Part shown: one piece after another, positions 54,260 through 64,000 of the stretch
Layout: each line of letters starts with the position of its first letter
Numbering within the stretch: the stretch's first letter is position 1
Source of the DNA: Chrysomallon squamiferum
Lineage: Eukaryota; Animalia; Mollusca
Direction of reading: 5' to 3'
Length of the DNA stretch: 64,000 nucleotides
Assembly: GCA_012295275.1 (NCBI GenBank)
Contig: CM022669.1
Coordinates: 1,488,001-1,552,000 of the forward strand
Position numbers and translations under genes: made by a program
Notes under the pieces: model-generated
Told to the model about the DNA's origin: nothing
Database searches by the model: none
What the model saw: the letters and a program-made list of their open reading frames with translations, nothing else

Positions 54260-54939
54260 CCTGTGTTAGAATGTTTTATAAATATATATTTTTATTAGAT
54301 ATTTGTGTGTGAGTGTGACAGAGAAAGTGTGTATGTTTGTGTGTAAAAGTCAGAGAGAAAGATAGAGATCTGTGAGAGGTGTGTGTTTCTGAGAGAGACA
54401 GCAAGAGAAACATTACATGTCTATCTGTGTCTTGGGCAATTTCATAAGTAAAATAAAAGTAATTAAAACATCCATAAATGATAATAAGCAGACAAACATG
54501 CATTTTTTGGACAGTATTTTACGTAGATCACTGCAGTATTAGTCAGGTGCTGTCTAGAAAGTGAATTTACATCATGAGTTTTTTATTTAAATTTTTTTGT
54601 CTTAGAGAGAAAAATAAGTTTTGTAACAATTCTTTATTAATTATAAAACAGTGTAATGATAATCACTTATTTGCAGATTTGTTAATTATTTTTGTTATTT
54701 TCATTATAAGGATTATGCATTACTCAGTAAAATTGAAATTTGAATTACAACAGAAGTACTAGTTATTTATTTATTTATTTATAACTATTTATTATCTTTA
54801 TTTTAATTTTATTTATAATGTTGTTTTTTTTGTTTTCAGATGGAACTTATTGCTCTAATTGATGTGCTGATTTTGGCATATGCCAGAGAAGTTGTTTCAG
54901 TAGAACATGCTGTCCAAGCCATCAGGTAAACTGTAGCTT

Positions 54940-54970
<31 letters not shown>

Positions 54971-56236
54971 TTTTATATTTGTAGTTGTATTTGTATTTAT
55001 ATTTTTGTTTATTAAAGATAAAAAAAAAAAAAAATAGAAAACCTGTTTTTTATTAAAATGAGATTAATGGCTGTGTTAAAGTTTAGTTTTTTTGTTCAGT
55101 TAGTTTTTTGGAAAGTACCAGTGTATGATCAATTATGTTTCAGTTCAGAGGTTAATGACATCCTGTAATTAAAGGCTTTCATCCTTTTACTTTGAATATT
55201 AAGTGATTGATGAAAAGAAGGAGAAGAATTATGATGATTGCATTTAAACAAATAAGTGTATGAATGTATGAGAGAGAGAGAGCATGAATTAATGGAGAGA
55301 CAGAGGGAGAAGGAAAAGAAGAATGATATGTAGGGGTGCATATTTTGTATAATTTATTATATGACGTAATGGGACCTCAGTCTTTACATACAGCATAATA
55401 GAAAGGTTTAGCATAGATGTCATCTGTTCACATATCTGACTGCATACTGACCTTACAGTATGAGTCATGTCCATAACTTTCTGTCGGTTTAGCTTCCATG
55501 TAAACAACAAAGCTTGTATTGTAATAGGGCAAGGAAGGGAAGTAACTTCAGCTCTAGAACATATGAACAAATTTATTTGTATATATATCTATATTTGGTT
55601 AAAACATGTTCAATGTTTATATTGCCAAATATAATTAAAGAAAATAAAAAAAAGCAAGACTCACCCTTTATAATGTTTAAAAAAATTGTTATATGTAAAC
55701 ACATACATACAGGCTTGTCCCATATCAAGAAAATCAGTACGAGAAAGTTACGTCTATGCTAAACCTCTCTACTGAACAAGTAATTTTAAAACTGTCAGAT
55801 GAATTACAACTTTTAACACATCCAGTGAACTTCCATCAGGCACTGAGGACACAATTATTTTCTTGTTAAATAAAGTTTGTACTGCTGCCATTGCAAAAGA
55901 GAACAATTCTGAGCAGGTGAATTTTAGTTTGATTTCTTATACCTTTATCATTATTCTGAACCTAATGAAATTTAATTTAATCTTATATATGAAGTTGCTG
56001 TTTGTAGATAATTTATGAGCAAGACATGCACATACACACAAATTACATTAGTATCTCATAACACACACACACACACACACACACATTATGTAAATGTGAT
56101 TATTTTTTGTAAATGTTTATTTCTATATTTTAAAACAAAAGAACACGCTTTATATTTCATCAGTATTTTAAAATGTTTAATGTTGCTGTTACCAGACTGG
56201 AACTGCCAGCCCTTCACACAGTGATGCATCCCTGCA

Positions 56237-56317
<81 letters not shown>

Positions 56318-57544
56318 TATTAAATATTAATTGCCTTATTATTTATGTATATTTTGGCAAACCTTTTTAGACTTTTTTAAAAAATATTTATTTTTAATTA
56401 TTCATTAACTTAGAGTGTGTATGTTTATCAGTTTATTTGTATGCATCTACACAAGTGAAATCCAGTAGCTGAAATATATATTTGTCAACAAACATTCTTT
56501 AGTATCAGTAAATGGTATTGAAATGCATATATAACAGTAAATAATGTTGATAAAAAAAAAAACAATAACAAAATAAATTAAATTTGTTTTTACCTTTTCA
56601 GACACATACAAAAAACAGACAAGTGTTGTTATCTAAACTTCAGAATGGGACACACACAGGCAGCAGAACAGACAGAGAAGTTTCTAAACAAACTGGTATG
56701 AAAAACACACACATTAACTTATCTGCTTAACTATCAATTTACATTCTTCTCAGTTTTTGTGTTGCAGTGTATTCTCAATACAGAGTAAGAAAAGGAGATT
56801 AATACAAGGAAAGTCTACAATAATAAGTAAAGTAATTGTAGTATACAGATATACTTAGAATACTTCATCATTTCCATACTTCCATTAGCATTGTTTTATT
56901 CTTGTTTCTGTGTCTACAATCATTATATTTTCTTTAACTTATGATTTTTTTCTTCTTCATATATTATTATTATTATTTTGTTCATTTATTTGTTATTCAT
57001 TGATCTCTATGGAGTCTGTATTTTCTATGATGACATCATTAATCCATACAAAAAGCTCCAACAGACTGAGTATGCCAGCATTTACTCAGTCTGTGAGGTT
57101 TATTTACACTTCTGATATTTTGTGATTTTATGGATAAATTAAAATAAAAAAGAAAAAGAAATATTGGGTAAGTGATCCTTTATATACACGTTTCTAAAAA
57201 AATTGTTATACTTTATTATTTGGAAACACTGGTACCAGTAATGTATAAAATACAATGTGTCCATTATAGCATTACATACACTCATTAAGTACAACTTTTA
57301 TAAGTAAAACTAATCAGTTTTATCATCCATTAGTTTAAAGCATATTTATCATTTCTTCATTTAGTTATCCACATCTGTTTTCATCAACCTGTTATCTGTA
57401 ATTAAACTTTTTTTTTTGAAGTTACAAATTTTCTAATCTGAATACTAACCAAATATACAATAATTACTTTAAACAGTTCTGTTTTTTTAAAAATTGGGAT
57501 TATAACAAAAACAGATATTTTATATATATACACATATTTTGTTA

Positions 57545-58075
57545 TTATTATTATTATTATATTTTTCAATGTCATCATTTATTTACAGAGTAATTGATTT
57601 ATCATCTACAAAATATTCATGTATTGTCATGTAAATATCTCCATTTTAATCCTCTTCATCATCCTTATCATCATTATCATCATCATTAGTTATTATGCCA
57701 GAGCTATAATATGTTTTGAATTTAGCTTAATTCTCACTTTGTTTATTTACACAATTTTCATCACTTTTCCCAAATAGTGACCACAGACATTTAAAAATTA
57801 ATAATAGTAACAATAAAATAAAAATAAAGATAACGCTAGTTTTCTTGAAAATGCTTTTAACAGCATGTTCCTGCATGAATTTCTAAAATTGAAGTTATTC
57901 TTTTAATGTCAAATTAGTAATTTATTCTTTTAAATAATTATAAACATTTCAGCTTTTTAACAGTGTTTCAGAAACATATTTAATATTTACCAAAGTGCAA
58001 ACATGCATCAAAATAATCACCATAATAATGTAGTTAGAAATCATCATTGTGTTATTATCATCATCATGATTAACA

Positions 58076-58127
<52 letters not shown>

Positions 58128-58268
58128 ATTATTATATTTCTCAATATCATCATTTATTTATAGATTAATTGATTTATCATCTACAAAATCTTCATGTATC
58201 ATCATGTAAATATCTCAATTTTAATCCTCTTCATCATCTTTATCATCAGTATCATCATTATCATCATC
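57545..58268. repeat. About 140-bp diverged direct duplication (57545-57688 / ~58120-58268)
   Basis: catcatttattta..taattgatttatcatctacaaaat..catgtaaatatctc..ttttaatcctcttcatcatc in both copies. Confidence 0.85.
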
Positions 58269-58526
58269 TAGATTTATAATATCTGTTATTATTACATGTA
58301 ATATCATAAATGATCTTTTCTGTTAAATTGTATTTTAAATGGTTACTTGCAGGTTATGTTTTGGTTAAATTAGTTTGCTCACTTCTTTATTAATTATCTT
58401 ATTTTTCAATCCCTGCTAATCATTATTGTGTAAACTAAATTAAGCCATTGCTAACTTAAATGGACCAGACATATTGAAATCTGTTTTTCTTAGATTTATG
58501 TGTTTAAGCTTTACTGATATGTTATT

Positions 58527-59704
58527 GGGTCATTCCGTGTCAAATCACCCAATGGTTTAAACCCGACCGTCTCAGATTTTTATGAAACTTGGTATACTTG
58601 CTACACATCACTTGACACCAGACTGTTGATTAGATGATTACCATGAAACACAGTAACAGATCATCATCATCATCATTAAAATAGCAATAATAATAATAAT
58701 AATAATAATAATAAAGATAATAAAAATAATAATAATAAAGATAATAATAAAGATAATAATAATAATAATAATAATAAAGATAATAATAATAATAATAATC
58801 ATAAAGATAATAATCATGATGACTGTAAAAATTAACAACAATAATAACCACAATAATGGTAGTAACAGTAGTAGTAGTAATAGTAATAATAGTAATAATA
58901 ATAGTAAAAATAGCAATAATAACATAACAATAACTATAATAATAATTTACTATATATATTTTCATCTATTATTGATTATAATAGTTTAATGTGTTATATA
59001 TTAATGAGAAAAAGAAGGAATTGATGTTTTATTTAACAACATATATATAGCATTGTATTTTTGCTTTTGGGTCATTCCGTGTCAAATCACCCAATGGTTT
59101 AAACCCGACCGTCTCAGATTTTTATGAAACGTGGTATACTTGTTGACTGGGATCCCACGGCACAAAATCTGAAATTTTAGCTCAATCAGACCAGTGGTGT
59201 GGGAGATACGGCCCACCGAATTTTGGGATTTTTGCCAAAAATGGGTGTGACCACCAACCTTAGAACCCTCATATCTCAGGAACTACTGCGCCAATCTTCA
59301 TAAAATTGGTATTGTTAGAAAGGCAAAATGACAAGGATTGTTTAGTTTGGAAAATAATGGAGTACCTTGACCTTTTGACCTTTGCTATGACCTTGAAATT
59401 GACCGTGTGGATCACGTGATCTTGAGATGATCTTTATTGAAATTTAATCTCCCACATGTTAACTAAAACATATAAAAGTTTCCTGGGTGTAATATGTTTT
59501 GTTTAGCCACAATATAGATTTAGAAAATGCACATACATGAAAATAACACCTTTTCAGCCATTAACATCTGATTAACTAAAACCTGAATGATCAGTTCTGG
59601 ATGCTAGGAATCACCATCTCTCTTGATCATCAAGTTTTATAAAAATCTGAGAGGGTCGGGTGTAAATTTTTTTTTTGGGGGGGTGATTTGACATGGAATA
59701 ACCC
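58527..59704. mobile_element. Sola2-like non-autonomous TIR element (core 59069-59704) with a duplicated left end (58527-58600) and a captured 468-bp inverted host segment
   Basis: TIR gggtcattccgtgtcaaatcaccc vs gggtgatttgacatggaataaccc, imperfect to about 65 bp. GGG...CCC termini. The 4-bp direct repeat TATT (58523-58526, 59705-59708) flanks the whole composite. Superfamily inferred from GRG termini plus a 4-bp TSD. Confidence 0.8.
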
Positions 59705-62700
59705 TATTACAATCAAAACAATATGTAGAGCATTTGATTAATTTTCATGTAAAATGTGTCACTAAACTTAGTAAGTGGTTCATTTTTACAATAATTTAAT
59801 GATTAGATAAAGTATTAATTATTAACTGTAGTATGTATAATGTAGAATAATGTATTTGTTTGCAACTTTCTGTTTTTTGTTGTCAGTAAAACCAATGTGC
59901 TGTGTCTATATTGCTTGTAATGGTAACTTGCTGTTTCTTACAATATATTTTGTGTTTGTTTAATATTATCATTATTATTTTTTGTATTTAAACTTGAAAA
60001 GTATCAGTTTTCATCTACATATTTTTTGTCATTCTTAAATTTCAATTTTCTGTTTCTTTTATTTATTTTTTCTTACTATAAATTTTTATTTATTTATTTA
60101 TTTTTATAAAATATTATTTTGTATAATTTAATCCTTCCTTTAATCTCCTTAATTTGAAGATTATTATCTTTTGTTTTTCTGTTAGTTTTCCTACAGTGTA
60201 CTTACACAAAACAGGGGGAGCCACCTACATCTCCAGTACATTAACAATAAACACTATAAATTATACAATTTGTGTTATGTGACAGCATCTCCACGTAGGT
60301 TAATAATAAACAATATAAATTATACAATTAGCCATGTGATCCCATGATTCTGCAATCCATCTCCATTACATCATAAACCTCTCCTATAAGTATATGCATA
60401 ATGCTTATTTTTTATTTTACTAAGTTCATAATTATTTATAGTCCATAACAGTTATGGATTCATTGTTGATATATATGTTTTTTATTTATTTATATATATT
60501 TTTTATTATTATTATTTAATACAGGTTTGTACCGGTTAGGAGGAAGAACTCTGCGAATGGATGGAAGTAAAGCTGGTGAATATTCAGGTTAGATAACTCT
60601 TATTTCTACTATTATTTATTATTACCATAATCATCATCATCATTTTTTAGTTTTTTCATTTGTGGTTGTTTTTGTTGTTGTCATTAATGGCACATCACAT
60701 CCAGCTAACAATAAAACATTAACAGCTATTTTTTTTATCTATTCTAACCATTAGTAACCGTTTTAAAATATTAAAAAAAAAAAAAAAAAAAGAACATTGT
60801 TATCCTTTCACACAAAAACATTTGTAAAATAAAATTTTAAAGTTTCAGTCAGGATAGTATAGTAGATTTACAAACCTATAAAACACTTTATTCATTTATT
60901 AATCCAAAATTAATCACAACTTTTAGTTTGTCAGTGTTGTTTCTTTGTTTGAACAGGACCGAAGTTGTGCCTGAAGCCAAGTTCGAAATCTAATTGTCAC
61001 AACATCCATAACACAGTCAGCCACTGCTGTCTCGCTGGCATCGTCAACACAGACCTGAAAGAGAAAGTTTTAGAGGTAACAGTTCATACAGACTTCTAGC
61101 TCATACAGCTCATTTACACACAATTATTCTTTCATCTGTTTTGTGTTTTCTTCTTCTTCTTCTTTTTAAAGACATAAGTAGTTTTTGTGAGTGATTTAAA
61201 TTTGTTTTCAGGCTTATTGCACTCTTATTAATCTATATTATTTTATTATTGTTTGTTATTTTTGTTTCTTTTTATTTTATTCAAATTATGACAAACATTT
61301 TTAAAAGTTTTGTTAGAGGATTATCTTTCTGATTTCATCTGATTGATAGATCATAGATATTTACAGAAATACCTCAGTGGGCAATAAATCTATAGGGTAG
61401 GTGTGAGTCTCTATATATGCATTCATCAATAATAATATTAATTCTATGCCATTTGTTTTTATTGCAAAGCAAAATCAGCTGTAGCTACCTTTGAATTTTT
61501 TATGTTGTATCAGATATATATATTTCATTTTTATTTATCTATTGATTTATTTATTTATCAGTATATTTATCTATCTATTTATTTGTTTGTTTGTTTGTTT
61601 GTTTATTTGTTTGTTTACTTGTTTGTTTGTTTGTTTATCTAGGAACTGGCTAAGTCTGATGTTAAACACTTTGTAATTCATACTAGATACTACCACAGAT
61701 AATTGATAAGAAAGTGTATTTTTATATCATTTTAAATCTGTCTTCATCTTTATAAATTTGTACATTCCTTAACATGCAGCTCATTAATATAATGTAGAAA
61801 ATATGCTTTAGCAAATAATGTTTTTACTAATTAGTTACGTGCTATTAATTTTTTCAAATATAAATTGAAAAATATTTTGGTGAATGTCTATGCTGTCCAA
61901 GTGAAATGTTTTTAACAAGACAGAAACATTTGTGCATGTCAAATGATATAACCTATAACAAGACGTCAATCAATATATTTTAGTGGAGTGATTCAATAGG
62001 GACAATAAAAAATGTATCAATATATAATTTCTTATACTTTAGTTTCAATTTCTTTTCTTATTTTCTTTTTTCTTCTTTTTTTCTTTTTTTGATAATTTAT
62101 TAATTATTTCAGTGAAATGACTTCTTAAGATTAAAGTATGTCAAAGGAAAAAAAAAAAAAAATTAAGAATGTTTCTATGATAAGAAATTATTTAATACTA
62201 ATCAGTTATTGTTTTATTTATTAATTATCATGTAATAAATTAATTAATATTATTTTGTTTTTCTCACAGATATAATTCTGGGGCTAAAAGTTTCACTGAC
62301 ATCAACCAAACATTTATCTGCGTCCATTGATGCTGTTGTTATTCAGAATTCTCTCTGGAAGGCTGGGAAACCACAGCAACATCAAAGAAAGTCTATTAGG
62401 AAGACGTACATCTCACAACACACATCACCATCGTCCTGACATCATCAGCAGCTGCAGCAGTTGTTGACTGTTTACATCATTGTCTTGGTTACAATTCTAA
62501 ATGACAAATGTTTTTCTCAATTTATATATATTTTGTTTTTTTTTTGTTTACTGTTGTTGAAAATATACTATTTCTTTTCTTAATTTCCAAGTTTGAAAAA
62601 AAATAAAAAATTATTCTTTCACTTTTTGTTATAGTTTGTCAGATGCATATAATTTGATATTACAGTTGTTTGTGTAGTCTTTCAAAATATCTAAATATCT

Positions 62701-64000
62701 GAAAAAATATTTCATACTTAAACAGAATTTGCTTTTGTGAATTTTTTATATTACCTTTCTTTTATTTATTTATTTATTTTTGTTATATAACCAGGAATAA
62801 GATAAACAAAAAGATATATTAGAAATATCACACCTAATATATTATTATTACTATGTGGGTAACAAAGAATAGATAGTCTAAATATGAAAGTTGAGTTCTA
62901 GAACTGAATGATAAAAATATCAACATTGAAAAATCAGAAATTATTTGAAATAATATTTTATTTTTGATCATCATTTTTTCTTTGTGGACCATATTGCTTC
63001 TCTATTACATTTTCTAAATATTTGAAAATTTGTCTTTTATGATGTACATGAAGAAATTCATGTCATGTTACTTTTTTTGTGATGTCCCATACATTATTCT
63101 AGTATTTTTCACTGTTAAAAAACTATTAAATTTTGCTATAGTTCTGCTTTTCTGAAAGATACTTTAATAGAAATATGCTGATTTTAAATGTGCTAACTGA
63201 AACATTCTAATTTATATATTCTAAATGGGACATCATAGTTTGTATTTGCCAGTTAAAATTTTATAGTATCAATAAGGCAGTCAGAAAATGTTATTTTAAA
63301 GATGTCATTTGAAACATGCTTATTTAAATATGCTAATTTAAATAAATTTGTATTCATTTAAATTCTTGTATATATCTAGAAATGATGAGCTTAAAATAAT
63401 CAATCATTTTCAGAACATTCCGATGTTTTAGTCACAGGTTGTGAAATCAAATCTGTGATGAACACAAGATATTTCAAGTCACTGTGTGTCTGCTGCAAGT
63501 TTTGTCAGATGGTCTCATAGAAAGAAATATTTTAGATCATGGTTAATTAAAGCTTGTCATTTAAAAAAAAAAAAATTAAATGTAGTCAAAACGGATTTAA
63601 TCCTATAAAAATGGGTTACTGCATATTGCTTCTTAATTATAAATGACTTATTTATTTTAAAAAAAAGAGTTACGTTTTATAACTGTGGAATTTTCCAGTT
63701 CTGTTTCATGATGAATTTATGTTCTGTAGTGCTAAATGTTAAAGAAAAGGAAATTTCAAAGTAAAACTAAAATGTATGGCTACAGAACTCAAGTTTCATT
63801 TCACTTTCATACTATTTACATCCATAATGGATGCATGATGAACATTCATAACTATACAGATTATATATAAAACAAATTCATTTTTAAAAGTATTTTAGTT
63901 ATCAACTTAGAAACTAAACCATAGAGAAATCTCTAAACACGTATCATTTTGAATCATTTTAGATTGATAATAATATTTAGTAAATTCATCCTTATTATAT

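Larger units (their letters stand above)
52803..62505 (+). pseudogene. Multi-exon decayed gene, tentatively a class B (secretin-family) GPCR-like N-terminus. Exons 52803-52848, 53401-53490, 54840-54925, 56602-56695, 60525-60587, 60957-61075, possibly ~61643-61672, and 62270-~62505
   Basis: Canonical AG/GT boundaries. One frame gives signal-peptide-like MSPMVIFVFVLLVRQ|G, then QISSLAEIFRKYMEKC and GTYCSN*CADFGIC, followed out of frame by EVVSVEHAVQA, resembling the hormone-receptor domain (C...YCxxxxDxxxCW). Every frame has stops. Exon structure is better supported than identity. Confidence 0.45.

Noticed and set aside
55380-55915. Exon-like minus-strand blocks and a ~15-bp inverted match (aggtttagcataga)
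   Set aside because: No recognisable protein and the match is too short to interpret.

Overview
AT-rich, microsatellite-dense eukaryotic (animal) genomic DNA with GT-AG spliceosomal introns. The gene and transposon content looks invertebrate, possibly mollusc, but that is an inference. No rRNA, true tRNA or CRISPR is visible, and most long ORFs in the supplied track come from simple or tandem repeats. The best gene is a BTB-BACK-PHR (BTBD1/2/3/6-like) locus at 33651-35324, whose frame is broken by a 76-bp internal duplication-like insert. A decayed paralogue at 19823-20747 is cut off by a Penelope-like RT fragment. Other gene remnants are a C2H2 zinc-finger relic, an ankyrin pseudogene with an inverted 5' part and an in-frame 39-bp minisatellite, an orphan GC-rich exon, and two head-to-head multi-exon loci around a GC-richer island at about 52.4-52.85 kb. 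The plus-strand locus resembles a decayed class B GPCR N-terminus (tentative). Mobile elements include a pogo/Tigger-like MITE, a tRNA-derived SINE, PLE and LINE RT fragments, a PHD-bearing DNA transposon remnant, a mariner 3' end, a MULE, a Gypsy integrase relic and a Sola2-like MITE carrying an inverted copy of nearby intron. The main observations are: (i) no gene in the window has a fully intact frame; (ii) tandem repeats repeatedly arise from exons, splice sites and TIRs, including a duplicated 3' splice acceptor whose upstream copy leads straight to a stop; (iii) there are several local template-switch-type rearrangements. I cannot claim a new biological system from the sequence alone.
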